Shown here in pieces: positions 26,644-37,134 of a stretch of 64,000 nucleotides of DNA. A program made the translations under genes and the position numbers. Position 1 is the first letter of the stretch, and the number at the start of each line of letters is the position of its first letter. This DNA is from Accumulibacter sp. (lineage in GTDB: Bacteria > Pseudomonadota > Gammaproteobacteria > Burkholderiales > Rhodocyclaceae), in contig JAEUOJ010000201.1 of NCBI GenBank assembly GCA_016789495.1, forward strand, positions 8,787-72,786, written 5' to 3'. The notes beneath the pieces were generated by a model. That model saw nothing but the letters and a program-made list of their open reading frames with translations. It was not told the DNA's origin and did no database searches.

Positions 26644-27084
26644 TCAGTTGCGTACCACGATAACGCTGCGGAACTCCGCGGCCAGTTCGCCAGCGGCATT
26701 GGTCACCGTCGAATCACGAACGATGAACACTAACGCACCACCTTTCTTGTCGTAGATATCGCTGATCTTCGACTGGACGACGACCGTTTCGCCGGCGCAC
26801 ACTGGTAAATGGTAGGTATAACCCTGTTCCCCATGTAAAATTTTGCCGAGCGGCACGCCCATTTTTGCCAAAGTGCTGAACAACTCGTCCGAATCGAAAT
26901 CGGCTGCCAGCAGGAAAGTCGGCGGTACCGGCAAGTCGCGATAACCGGCCGCTTGCGCGGCTTCCCGATCCACATACACGGGGTTGGTCTCACCGATCGC
27001 CTGGGCAAAAAATTTCAGCCTACCGCGTTCAATATCAAAGGTTACTTCTGGTCCTGTGTAGCCAATCCACTTCTTGTCGATCAT
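26644..27084 (-). CDS. MaoC N-terminal-type hot-dog subunit (HadA-like partner)
   Basis: FAQAIGETNPVYVD...VPPTF, ILHGEQ; lacks the D-x4-H pair; adjacent to the catalytic MaoC. Confidence 0.88.
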   Translation of the reverse strand: MIDKKWIGYTGPEVTFDIERGRLKFFAQAIGETNPVYVDREAAQAAGYRDLPVPPTFLLAADFDSDELFSTLAKMGVPLGKILHGEQGYTYHLPVCAGETVVVQSKISDIYDKKGGALVFIVRDSTVTNAAGELAAEFRSVIVVRN

Positions 27085-27255
27085 TTCTCACTCCTGTAAA
27101 CCAGCCCGGATTCCGGGGCCGTCCAGTATTGCCGTTATCAAAAAGTACTGCCTTCCACGACATCCCACAAGCCGAATATTAGATAATGCCTGGGCCGTAG
27201 ACCATTGCGCAGACGGTCTTTGAATTGCAAAATTTGCCAACTCTTTAAAAAGTTG

Positions 27256-28305
27256 ATGGCCATGAGTACTGCACCCCCAATCTCCGTACACATGGGTTTC
27301 GTGCGCGAAACGCTGGGCGGATTGACCCTGAGTCGGCACGACCCGCAGCCGTTTCTCGCCCGCGCCAACATTCACCAGGAGTTGATCAAGCTGCCGTTGG
27401 CGCGCGTTTCGGGGACGCAGTATCAAAGTCTGGTGCTGGCGTTGATGGACGACCTCGATGACGAAATGATGGGTCATCTGAACCGACCGATGCGCCGCGG
27501 CGCGTTCGTCTTTCTCGCTCGGGCGTCGCTTTTCGGCGCCATTTCGCTGCATGTCGTACTGGCGCGCTGGGTGAAAGCGCACCGTTTGCTGACCGATGAA
27601 GTAAGGTTGTCGTTCCGCAAGGAAGGCGATGTCGCCTGGATCACGCTGGCCGGGGCCAGCCGCAGCGGCGCCGCTTACCCGACTTTCCTGCCGGTGGTCT
27701 ACTTCAAGAGCCTGCATATCCTCGCCTCCTGGCTGATCGGCGAACGAATCACGCTGACGGCGGTACGCTTTTCCGGCCCGCAGCCGATACACGGCGACGA
27801 ATACGCGCACCTGTTTCCCGGCGACATTGCCTTCTCTGCGCCGGTCTCGGCGATGGGCATCCCGGCGCATTATCTTGACCGCGCGGTCAATCATGACATC
27901 GACTCGCTGAACCAATTTTTCCGCGCCGCGCCGGGCAATCTACTGTGGCAATACCGCGCCACCGACCTGTTGAGCGAAAAAATCCGCGCCATCCTGAAAG
28001 ACGCGTTACCGGCACACGTCGATATCGTGGCCGCGGCGCGCACGGTCGGTTTTTCGCCACGCACCCTGCACCGCAGGCTGATTGCCGAAGGAACCACCTT
28101 TCAGGAAATCAAGGACGGCTTGCGCCGGGACGTCGCCATCGACTGCCTGGATCATTCGCGGTTGCCAATCGAGGAAATCGCCGAACTGGTCGGATTTTCA
28201 GATGCCGCCACGTTCTACCGCGCCTTCAAAACCTGGACCGGGGTCGCCCCAGGGGTGTACCGGCAACGCACGCTGCAAACCGATCGCCAAGGGCCGGGTG
28301 GCTGA
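27256..28305 (+). CDS. AraC-family transcriptional regulator
   Basis: C-terminal FSPRTLHRRL.EGTTFQEIKD...IAELVGFSDAATFYRAFKTWTG; divergent from the MaoC-phaC operon. Start uncertain (27256 or 27262). Confidence 0.92.
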   Translation: MAMSTAPPISVHMGFVRETLGGLTLSRHDPQPFLARANIHQELIKLPLARVSGTQYQSLVLALMDDLDDEMMGHLNRPMRRGAFVFLARASLFGAISLHVVLARWVKAHRLLTDEVRLSFRKEGDVAWITLAGASRSGAAYPTFLPVVYFKSLHILASWLIGERITLTAVRFSGPQPIHGDEYAHLFPGDIAFSAPVSAMGIPAHYLDRAVNHDIDSLNQFFRAAPGNLLWQYRATDLLSEKIRAILKDALPAHVDIVAAARTVGFSPRTLHRRLIAEGTTFQEIKDGLRRDVAIDCLDHSRLPIEEIAELVGFSDAATFYRAFKTWTGVAPGVYRQRTLQTDRQGPGG

Positions 28306-28329
28306 CACCCGGCCTTTTCCCGAGACGAT

Positions 28330-29535
28330 TCACACCCGTTCCAGCAACATGGCGATGCCCTGACCAACACCGATACACATGGTGCACAAGGCGTAACGCC
28401 CGCCGCGCCGTCGCAATTCGTAGGTCGCGGTGGTTGCCAGGCGCGCACCGCTCATGCCCAGCGGATGACCGATGGCGATCGCGCCGCCGTTCGGATTGAC
28501 CCGCGGGTCGTCATCCGGCAGTCCCAGCTGTCGCAAGACGGCCAGTCCCTGGGCGGCGAAGGCTTCGTTCAATTCGATCAGATCCAGCGCATCGAGGCTG
28601 ATGCCCTGCCGAGTGAGCAATTTGCGCGTCGCCGGCGCCGGACCGATGCCCATGATCCGTGGCGGCACCCCGGCAACAGCAGTAGCGACGACCCGCGCCT
28701 TGGGGGTCAGGCCGTGACGAACGGCCGCCCTCTCGCTGGCGATGATCAGCGCGCAGGCACCGTCGTTAACCCCCGAGGCATTGCCAGCGGTAACCGTGCC
28801 ATCGGCTCGGACAACGCCTTTCAACTCGGCCAACGCCGCCAAACTCACTTCCGGTCGCGCGTGTTCGTCACGAGTGAACAGCGTCGGCGAACCTTTCTTT
28901 TGTGGAATCGCCACCGGGACGATTTCTTCGGCGAAACGTCCGGCCGTGTCGGCGGCGGCCCAACGTTGCTGGCTACGCCAGGCGAAAGCATCCTGATCGA
29001 CGCGGCTGATGGCGAAGTCGGTGGCGACATTCTCCGCGGTTTCCGGCATCGAATCGACCCCGTAGGCGGCGCGCATTTTCGGATTGATGAAGCGCCAGCC
29101 GATGGTGGTATCGAAGACATTGACGCTACGTTGAAACGCGCTTTCCGCCTTGCCCATCACGAACGGCGCCCGGGACATGCTTTCGACGCCGCCGGCGATC
29201 AGCAAATCGGCCTCGTCGCTGCGGATGGCCCGTGCCGCCTGAGCGATGGCGTCGAGACCGGAGCCGCACAGCCGGTTGAGCGTCGTGCCGGCAACCGCAT
29301 CCGGCAAACCGGCCAACAACGCGGCCATCCGCGCGACATTGCGATTGTCTTCGCCGGCCTGATTGGCGCAGCCGTAGATCACGTCATCGATCTGCTCCCA
29401 CTGCACGCCCGGATTGCGTTCGACCAACGCCCGGATCGGCAACGCCGCCAGGTCGTCGGTGCGCACTGCCGCCAAACTGCCGCCGTAGCGGCCGATCGGC
29501 GTGCGCACCGCATCGCAGATGTAGGCTTCAGCCAT
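28330..29535 (-). CDS. paaJ: 3-oxoadipyl-CoA thiolase (PaaJ/PcaF)
   Basis: [40 protein letters not shown]; overlaps the paaK stop. Confidence 0.92.
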   Translation of the reverse strand: MAEAYICDAVRTPIGRYGGSLAAVRTDDLAALPIRALVERNPGVQWEQIDDVIYGCANQAGEDNRNVARMAALLAGLPDAVAGTTLNRLCGSGLDAIAQAARAIRSDEADLLIAGGVESMSRAPFVMGKAESAFQRSVNVFDTTIGWRFINPKMRAAYGVDSMPETAENVATDFAISRVDQDAFAWRSQQRWAAADTAGRFAEEIVPVAIPQKKGSPTLFTRDEHARPEVSLAALAELKGVVRADGTVTAGNASGVNDGACALIIASERAAVRHGLTPKARVVATAVAGVPPRIMGIGPAPATRKLLTRQGISLDALDLIELNEAFAAQGLAVLRQLGLPDDDPRVNPNGGAIAIGHPLGMSGARLATTATYELRRRGGRYALCTMCIGVGQGIAMLLERV

Positions 29536-30853
29536 TGGTCAGCCTCTTGTCGATCACCCGTTTGGCCTTGCCAACCAAGGTGCGTTCGATCGAATTGGTC
29601 GGCAGCACATTGACCTTGGTCGACACGCCGATCAATGCCTTGATCGCCTGTTGCAAGCGCCGGCCAATTTGCCCCACTTCTTCAGCGGGAATCTTTGCGG
29701 CAATGCCGGGTTGCAATTCGCACATCACTTCCATCTGATCCATCAGGCCGTCGCGGGAGACGACGATCTGGTATTGACCGGACAACTTGTCATCGCGCAG
29801 GATCAGTTCCTCGATCTGCGTCGGGAAGACATTGACCCCGCGAATGATCAACATGTCGTCCGAACGGCCGACGATCTTCGCCAGCCGCCGGAACGAGCGC
29901 GAGGTCGGTGGCAACAACCGGGTCAGATCGCGCGTGCGGTAGCGGATCACCGGGAAGGCTTCCTTGGTCAGCGAAGTGAATACCAACTCGCCCTCTTCGC
30001 CATCGGCACAGACCTGACCGGTTTCCGGATTGACGATCTCGGGATAGAAATGATCTTCCCATATGACCGGACCATCCTTGCTTTCGATGCATTCGCTGGC
30101 CACCCCCGGACCGATCACTTCCGACAGACCGTAGATGTCGACCGCATCCAGTCCCATCTTGGCCTCGATTTCGCGACGCATCTCATTAGTCCAGGGTTCA
30201 GCGCCGAAAATGCCGACCTTCAGCGAACAATCGCGGCCATCCAGCCCCAGATTGGCGAACTCCTCGGCGATGACCAGCATGTACGACGGGGTAACCATGA
30301 TGATGTCGGGCTTGAAATCGCGAATGATCTGCACCTGTTTTTCGGTATTGCCACCGGACATCGGCACCACCGTGCAGCCCAGCCGCTCGGCACCGTAATG
30401 GGCGCCCAAACCACCGGTGAATAGCCCGTAACCGTAAGTGACATGCACGATGTCGCCCGGCCGACCGCCAGCCGCGCGAATCGATCGCGCCACGACGTTG
30501 GCCCACATGTCGATATCATTTTTGGTGTAACCGACCACCACCGGTTTGCCGGTCGTTCCTGAAGAGGCATGTACCCGCACCACTTTTTCACGCGGCACGG
30601 CGAACAGGCCGAAGGGATAGTTTTCACGCAAATCGGCCTTGCCGCTGAAGGGGAACTTGGCCAGATCCTCCAACGTCTTCAAATCGTCTGGATGCACGCC
30701 GGCCGCGGCGAACGTCCGCTGATAGTGCGGAACATTGTCATAGGCATGCTTCAGGGTCCACTTCAAACGCTGCAGTTGCAGCGCCGCGATTTCATCGCGA
30801 CTGGCGATTTCGATCGGCTCCAAATCTCCGGGCTGGGGCTGTTTACTGGGCAT
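29528..30853 (-). CDS. paaK: Phenylacetate-CoA ligase
   Basis: [64 protein letters not shown]. Confidence 0.96.
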   Translation of the reverse strand: MPSKQPQPGDLEPIEIASRDEIAALQLQRLKWTLKHAYDNVPHYQRTFAAAGVHPDDLKTLEDLAKFPFSGKADLRENYPFGLFAVPREKVVRVHASSGTTGKPVVVGYTKNDIDMWANVVARSIRAAGGRPGDIVHVTYGYGLFTGGLGAHYGAERLGCTVVPMSGGNTEKQVQIIRDFKPDIIMVTPSYMLVIAEEFANLGLDGRDCSLKVGIFGAEPWTNEMRREIEAKMGLDAVDIYGLSEVIGPGVASECIESKDGPVIWEDHFYPEIVNPETGQVCADGEEGELVFTSLTKEAFPVIRYRTRDLTRLLPPTSRSFRRLAKIVGRSDDMLIIRGVNVFPTQIEELILRDDKLSGQYQIVVSRDGLMDQMEVMCELQPGIAAKIPAEEVGQIGRRLQQAIKALIGVSTKVNVLPTNSIERTLVGKAKRVIDKRLTNG

Positions 30854-31250
30854 AATTTCCTCCTCTTGTAGGGATGAACGGTGAATTGCTCCTCGTTTTG
30901 CTGCGGCTGATCTCCAGAGTTTCCATTACGCGACGCGCAATGATTTTTTTGATTTATCCGATAAAAACCGTTGCCGGACTACGCTAGACTGCCCTTGGTG
31001 ATGACGGTGACAGTGTAGAAAACGTTGAAACGTTGATGGCGGACGGAACGACAATCAGGCAAAGCCTCCGCGTGCGACGGAGGGTTTGCCGGGAGTCAGC
31101 GCCGACGTAGACGTTGAATTTGCACGCTCCTCCGAAGTTACGCCACCCGCTCCTCGAGCGACGGTTTCTTGTTCCTCCCGGCTGTCGACGCCGCCCCCAG
31201 GAATCCCATGGCGAGCGGTGCGGCGACAGCCATCTGCGATCCATGGCCGG

Positions 31251-32042
31251 CTATTCGCCGCGGTAACGCGGCGGCCGCTTCTCCATGAACGCGCTCACTC
31301 CCTCACGATAATCGTCGCTATTGCCAAGTTCGCGCATGTAATCGCGTTCGAGATCCAGTTGCTGCTCCAGCGTGTTCAGCCGACCGGCGCGCATCGCCTG
31401 CCGCGTGCGGACCAGGGCCTTGGTCGGAGCAAGCGCCAATTGACCGGCCAGACGATCGATGGTCGCGGCGAATTCGGCGTCGTCTACGCACGACCAGATC
31501 AATCCCCATTCAGCCGCCTGTTCAGCGGACAACTTGTCACCCAGCAGGGCCAAACCCATCGCCCGGGCAACCCCGATCCGTTGCGGCAGAACATAGGTGC
31601 CGCCGGTATCGGGAATCAGGCCGATCTTGCTGAACAACTGGATGAATGACGCTGAACGGCAGGCAATGACCAGATCGCAGGCCAGCGCCAGATTGGCGCC
31701 GGCGCCGGCGGCCACCCCATTGACCGCGCAGATCGTCGGCATCGGCAGATTCTGCAGCGCCAGGACCAATGGCTTGTAATTGTTTTCGACGCTGGCACCC
31801 AGGTCGACCGGCGCTTCACCGGGCAGCACGCTACGGTCGGCGAGATCCTGGCCGGCACAAAAACCGCGACCTGCGCCGCTGAGCACAAAAACGCGCGCGG
31901 ATTTGTCCTCTGCCAACCGCGCGAATGCCTCGCGGACCTCGGCATGCATCTGCTCGGTGAAACTGTTCAGTCGATCAGGACGATTGAGCGTCAGTCGCGC
32001 CACCCCGTCGACCACCGAAAATACGATTGTTTCGAAAGTCAT
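31251..32042 (-). CDS. paaG: Epoxyphenylacetyl-CoA isomerase
   Basis: Crotonase fold, GRGFCAGQDLADR, GAGANLALACD, GLIPDTGGT (PaaG Asp), paa context. Confidence 0.92.
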   Translation of the reverse strand: MTFETIVFSVVDGVARLTLNRPDRLNSFTEQMHAEVREAFARLAEDKSARVFVLSGAGRGFCAGQDLADRSVLPGEAPVDLGASVENNYKPLVLALQNLPMPTICAVNGVAAGAGANLALACDLVIACRSASFIQLFSKIGLIPDTGGTYVLPQRIGVARAMGLALLGDKLSAEQAAEWGLIWSCVDDAEFAATIDRLAGQLALAPTKALVRTRQAMRAGRLNTLEQQLDLERDYMRELGNSDDYREGVSAFMEKRPPRYRGE

Positions 32043-32202
32043 AGCTCACCCTTTGCAATGATCGGTTCTGTCGGCCGGGCGCCAGCGACCCCGGCTGGAG
32101 GAATCCGTTGGCGGGCACCACCAGCATGCCCCTCGACATGCCGGCCGCCCGCCAGGTCTGACGGTATCGACGGACGAGGCGTCCGTCGCGACACGGTGCG
32201 AA

Positions 32203-33864
32203 TCAGACGTGATAGCGGCGCTGCACCACCCGGAACCGGTTGGCGACGAACGCCGCATCAGCATAGCAAGTGGTTGCCGCCGGGTTGCCGCCGGTGGCGT
32301 GATAATCGGAGAATGCCGCCGATTGATTGACATAGATGGCACCGGTCAAATTGATCGACAACGCCACCTTGGCCCGACACATGGCTTCGGTCACCGCCTC
32401 GATGATCTCCTGACGGGTTGAATAGACGCCGACGGTCAGTGCGCCGTGCTCGCGCACCAGGCGTTCGGACAAGGCGATCGCCGCCACACCGTCAGCGACG
32501 CGAACGACGAAACTGATCGGGCCGAAGCGCTCCTGCATGTAGGCGTTTTCTGCCGAAGCGTCGCATTTGAGAATGATCGGCGTCCGCACTTCGGCATTCG
32601 GGAATTCAGCATGCTCGATCTTGCGTGAGTCGACGACCACCTCACCGAGCGTCGCGGCGTTGGCGATGCGGGCCAGAGTATCCGGCGACTGGATCGCGCC
32701 AAGCACGGCGGTCGCCACTTCCGGCTTGGCGAGCAGCGCAGTGACCGCCGCGCCGAGATCGGCAGCCACCTGGTCGAAACTTTTATGTCCTTCGTCGGTG
32801 TCGATCCCCCCTGCCGGGACGATGATTGCCTGAGTGGTGGTGCACATCTGTCCGGAATAGAGCGACAGAGTGAACGCCAAGTTTCTGAGCATCGCCTTGT
32901 ACGCATCGGTCGACTCGATGATCACGTTATTGACCCCGGCCAGCTCGGCGTAGAGTTGCGCCTGGGGGCAGTTTTCGCGCAACCAGTTGCCAAAAGCGTT
33001 GCCACCGGTGAAATCGATCGACTTGACCGCCGGATGGGTGGCCAAGGCTTGCGTAACGGCACGCTTTTCGGTGACCGCCAGGGTGACCAGATTGGCATCG
33101 AGACCGTTTTCGGCGAGAACGTCGCGTACGATGCCGACCGAAATCGCCGCCGGGAGGATGGCATTTTCATGCGGCTTGACGATCACCGCGTTGCCGGTAG
33201 CCAGCGCGGCAAACAGTCCCGGGTAGGTGTTCCAGGTCGGGAAAGTGCCACAGCCGATCACCAATGCGACGCCGTTGCCGACGATTTCGAAATGCTTGCG
33301 CAAAACCAGCGGCGGATTCTTGCCCTGCGGCTTTTCCCAGGTTGCTTCAGCGGGAACGAAGGCCATCTCCCGCCACGCATAAGCCACCGCCTCCAGTCCG
33401 CGGTCCTGAGCGTGCGGCCCACCGGCCTGGAAAGCCATCATCCAACCCTGACCGGTGGTGAGCATCACCGCGTGCGCGATCTCGAAACTGCGTTGGTTGA
33501 TCCGCTGCAGCGCTTCCAGACAGATGCCGACCCGGCCTTCGGCGCCGACCTTTTGCCACGCCGGCATCGCAGCCAGCCCGGCGTCGATCAAAGCTTGCGG
33601 ATCGCATTCCGGGTAGCTGACCGACAAATCGACGCCATACGGGGAACTCTCGCCAGCGACCCAGCCAATCTGTCCGGGCATCTCCAGGGCAAACGCTTTG
33701 CCACGCAGCGCATCGACCGCCGCCTGGCCATCCTGCATCGCCGTTTCGCCATAGACCTTCGGACTCGGCATTTCCGAATACGGCGACCAGTAGCCCCGAC
33801 TGCGAATGGCTTCGAGAGCGGCATCCAAAGTTGCGCGGTGCTTTTCAAACAAGGGGTGGTTCAT
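32203..33864 (-). CDS. paaN: Phenylacetate-pathway aldehyde dehydrogenase PaaN
   Basis: AFQAGGPHAQDRGLEA, GCGTFPTWNTYPG, SLYSGQMCTT, VNQSAAFSDYH. Confidence 0.93.
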   Translation of the reverse strand: MNHPLFEKHRATLDAALEAIRSRGYWSPYSEMPSPKVYGETAMQDGQAAVDALRGKAFALEMPGQIGWVAGESSPYGVDLSVSYPECDPQALIDAGLAAMPAWQKVGAEGRVGICLEALQRINQRSFEIAHAVMLTTGQGWMMAFQAGGPHAQDRGLEAVAYAWREMAFVPAEATWEKPQGKNPPLVLRKHFEIVGNGVALVIGCGTFPTWNTYPGLFAALATGNAVIVKPHENAILPAAISVGIVRDVLAENGLDANLVTLAVTEKRAVTQALATHPAVKSIDFTGGNAFGNWLRENCPQAQLYAELAGVNNVIIESTDAYKAMLRNLAFTLSLYSGQMCTTTQAIIVPAGGIDTDEGHKSFDQVAADLGAAVTALLAKPEVATAVLGAIQSPDTLARIANAATLGEVVVDSRKIEHAEFPNAEVRTPIILKCDASAENAYMQERFGPISFVVRVADGVAAIALSERLVREHGALTVGVYSTRQEIIEAVTEAMCRAKVALSINLTGAIYVNQSAAFSDYHATGGNPAATTCYADAAFVANRFRVVQRRYHV

Positions 33865-33953
33865 AGTTCCTCCGCATGATCACGACATAGTCACCCCGTC
33901 GTCGTCGGCTCGATCAGGGCGGTGGTTAGGCAAAAGCAGATACGGGGAGAAAC

Positions 33954-33991
33954 GTTACAAAGAAGACGCTGGGCTGTCAACGCCTTGTATC
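33954..33991 (-). promoter_or_regulatory. Putative PaaX operator overlapping a TTGACA -35 (paaN side)
   Basis: Plus strand GTTACA-N26-TGTATC; TGTCAA at 33975-33980 reads TTGACA on the minus strand. Confidence 0.7.
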
Positions 33992-34149
33992 GATATTGAG
34001 TCCCCCCGAGCCAGTCCCATGCTCATGTTCGTCAACCAACGACCGCCGCCTTGCAAAACAACGCGACCAATCGGGTTGTTAGAGTCCACACAAAACGTCG
34101 GACAACCTGCTCGTCAGCATGGAGCCCGCATCGATACCGCTGAATTCGT

Positions 34150-34187
34150 GATACATAATTTGTTGACATATGCTAAATATTTGTAAC
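34150..34187 (+). promoter_or_regulatory. Putative PaaX operator overlapping a TTGACA -35 (di-iron gene side)
   Basis: GATACA-N26-TGTAAC with TTGACA at 34163-34168; mirror image of the paaN-side site. Confidence 0.7.
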
Positions 34188-34390
34188 ATTATCTCGTCAC
34201 ACGGCGAGTCGAAATTTTTGTTTTGGCTGGCGCGCTGCAGGCATCCCCCAGGTCCCGCGCGCCGGACAGGCCGCCGTTCCGGGTCGTGAGGCGTACTGCT
34301 TCGGGATCTGCACAAACACCTTTTAAACTTTCCGCGTCACCGCCGTCCCGGCAACGTGGGAGCTTGCCACTCACTGAGAGGGAATGATTT

Positions 34391-35416
34391 ATGTCCAAAC
34401 ACGAACGCATCGCCGGCACGATGGAATTGCCGACACCCACCACCCAGCCGAACATTTTTCCGCTGAGCTGGCCGGCAAAGACCAAGAAACTCGAGGATAT
34501 CTGGGACTCCTCATTGCGTGAGGCGTGGGATCCCAAGAAGCTTCCTTGGCAGACGTTGGATTTGTCCAAATACACCTGGGAGCAACGCGAAGCGATTGCC
34601 TATTGGTGGACGATTCTTTCCGTTTTTGACGCTTCCGCGCCACCTGTTTTTGCTGCCGCGCTGATCAAGACCTACGAGGCTCACGAAGAAGAAGCCGTCA
34701 GGCGCTGCTTTTTCTCGGTCACCCGCGACGAGCAGAATCATGAGCAGCTTTGCGGCATGGCGATCACCCGCCTGCTCGAACACCCGGATGTGCTGACTTA
34801 TGTGCCCAAAACGGAGATCGGCCGCAAAGTGCAAAAGAATGCGCACTGGCTGTACTACAACGGTTCCCGTTACTGGGAAGGCTACAAGACGGCGGTCCCG
34901 AAATACAGTCTGGCGGTGCTGTTCAGTTCGTTCCTGATGGGCGAGATTGCCGCCGCGACCATCTTCCACCAAATGGCGGCCCATTGCGTCGAACCGGTAT
35001 TCAAGGAAGCTTTCCGTAACGTCGGCCGCGACGAGGGACGCCATATGGCAATCTGCATGTCGTTGATGGAACGTGATTACCCGAAACTCGACCTGTCGGA
35101 CCGGCCGTTGATCACCAAACAGATTCGCGCCGGGTTCCTGTTCTTGTCCGGCGTTCTCTTCGAACCGCCAGAAGCGTTTTGGGACATCCCGAGCGACTTC
35201 ATCGCCAACCAGCGAGAAGCGGAAGCGATCGCCCGCGCCGCTGGGTTCCACATTCCGGAATACGAAGCCAAAAAAGACAACTGGCGCAATGCGATGCTCA
35301 ACCTCAAAGGCGTTCTCGATAAATTTGACATCCCGTTCCCGGCGATTCCCGAAGTGGGCATCACCGGCGAAGAAATTCGTGATGTCGACATGGAGGACAT
35401 CATCCCGGTATTCTGA
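34391..35416 (+). CDS. Ferritin-like carboxylate di-iron protein, probable oxygenase
   Basis: Ligand pattern FDAS / DEQNH / MGEIAA / DEGRH (D, ExxH, E, ExxH); RBS GAGAGGGA. Confidence 0.8.
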   Translation: MSKHERIAGTMELPTPTTQPNIFPLSWPAKTKKLEDIWDSSLREAWDPKKLPWQTLDLSKYTWEQREAIAYWWTILSVFDASAPPVFAAALIKTYEAHEEEAVRRCFFSVTRDEQNHEQLCGMAITRLLEHPDVLTYVPKTEIGRKVQKNAHWLYYNGSRYWEGYKTAVPKYSLAVLFSSFLMGEIAAATIFHQMAAHCVEPVFKEAFRNVGRDEGRHMAICMSLMERDYPKLDLSDRPLITKQIRAGFLFLSGVLFEPPEAFWDIPSDFIANQREAEAIARAAGFHIPEYEAKKDNWRNAMLNLKGVLDKFDIPFPAIPEVGITGEEIRDVDMEDIIPVF

Positions 35417-35657
35417 TCGCCTGGTCGTCCAGGGGCCTGTCGGACTGAAGCGATTGTCGCAAGCCGGAGGGGCGGGAACAGGTTTTCACGATTTCGAGGC
35501 GCATCGGGGGCCGATGCGCCGTGAAATCGGGGGGAAAATGAGCCGTTCTTGCCACCGGTACCGTAGATCATATCAGTACAAGTCCGAGAAGCTTTCATGG
35601 GCGGGACGGCTCGCTGGCGAGCCGTCTTTCGTTTTTCCACCGATCGCGTGAGTTGCC

Positions 35658-36719
35658 ATGAAACATATTCGTTTGCACCCCTCGGGGCACATCGTCGAAT
35701 GCCAGGAAGGCAGTGCCGTTCTCGAAGCACTGGAGGCGGCCGGCTACGCCTTGCCGAACAATTGCCGTGCCGGCGCCTGCGGCGAATGCAAGGTCAAGGT
35801 ATTGAGCGGCACCTTCGACCAGGGCTTCGTCCTCGACATGGCTCTTTCCCAGCAGGAACGCCACGAAGGCTACGGGCTGATGTGCATGGCCAAGCCGATT
35901 TCCGACGAACTGGTGATCGACTGGGGAACCGAAGACGCGCAGCCGAAACTGTTTCCGCCGCGCGAAAACCAGGAATTCATCGTTGTCGACCGCTTCATGC
36001 GCACACCACGGATCATGGAATTGCGCTTGCGGCCGCTGGGCACGCCAATGCGCTATTGGCCTGGTCAATACCTGATGCTTGGTGACCCGCAAGCCGGCAT
36101 CCCGCCGCGTTGCTACTCGATTGCCAACGCACCACGTCCGGATGGTGAGATCAGCCTACAGATCACCCGGGTAAATGACGGACAAACCAGCGCCTGGGTG
36201 CATAACCATCTGAAAGTCGGCAACGCAATCAAACTTTCCGGGCCGTATGGGACCTTCATCGGCGATCCATCGGTTGATGCGCCGGTGCTGTGCATCGCCG
36301 CCGGTTCCGGTCTGGCGCCGGTGCTGGCGCTCGCCGACGCTGCGTTGCGTCGCGGCTACAGTCAACCGGTGACATTGCTGTTTTCGGCACGCACCAGCGC
36401 CGACCTGTATGACTCGGGGCTGATGGCCTGGTGGCAGGCCAAGCACCCCAGCTTCCGGTACCTCTACACTTTGACTCGCGAGAAGCACGACGGTCTGTCC
36501 GGACGGGTGCCCACCATTCTGCCGTCGTTGTTCAGCGACCTGTCTGATTTCTCGATCTTCATCGCCGGCAGCCCGGAATTCGTCGACGACTGCGCCATCG
36601 CGGTAAAAGCGTTGGGCGCCAAGCCGAAGATGATCCACAGTGAAGGTTACTACCCGCAACAACGGCCGATTACTCCGCCAGCCAGCCAGATGGTTTCACT
36701 GCAGACCGCAGACCGTTGA
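35658..36719 (+). CDS. 2Fe-2S ferredoxin / FAD / NAD(P)H oxygenase reductase
   Basis: CRAGACGEC...C, RCYSIAN, GQTS, GPYG, AAGSGLAP. Confidence 0.92.
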   Translation: MKHIRLHPSGHIVECQEGSAVLEALEAAGYALPNNCRAGACGECKVKVLSGTFDQGFVLDMALSQQERHEGYGLMCMAKPISDELVIDWGTEDAQPKLFPPRENQEFIVVDRFMRTPRIMELRLRPLGTPMRYWPGQYLMLGDPQAGIPPRCYSIANAPRPDGEISLQITRVNDGQTSAWVHNHLKVGNAIKLSGPYGTFIGDPSVDAPVLCIAAGSGLAPVLALADAALRRGYSQPVTLLFSARTSADLYDSGLMAWWQAKHPSFRYLYTLTREKHDGLSGRVPTILPSLFSDLSDFSIFIAGSPEFVDDCAIAVKALGAKPKMIHSEGYYPQQRPITPPASQMVSLQTADR

Positions 36720-37134
36720 GCACCGGTGACAGAGATAGCGCAGCACGCAGGTCACGCCTGGCGACTGGCCGCTTGGGCCGTCGCCGACCGGCACGTTTTT
36801 CCATCGATCCAGTCCTCTGCGACTCCTCACGCACATCGCGTGGAAGGCGTCAGCGACGTGCAACGGGAAAAACCGGCTCGCTTATTCAAGCGACCACCGT
36901 ATTGGATTTAACGAAAACCCATACGGATCAATGCGCCAAATCTTGCGCGCACTGAAAACCATTGGTATTTTTGCCGCCAATGGCTCATTCGACCACCATG
37001 TCGAAAAGGAGGGGAAGCCTATGTAGAGATCGGCGAGACTACTTTGATTGGCTGGAGACCGTCATTGATTTATAAGTGAGGCATGAATTCGCACATTCAA
37101 CCCTCACAAATTCAAAAGAGGAGACAAGAGTCCT

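Noticed and set aside
34391-35416. Calling the di-iron protein PaaA, PaaC, BoxB or ribonucleotide reductase R2
   Set aside because: Only the generic ligand pattern is shared; I see no family-specific motifs and no partner subunits nearby.
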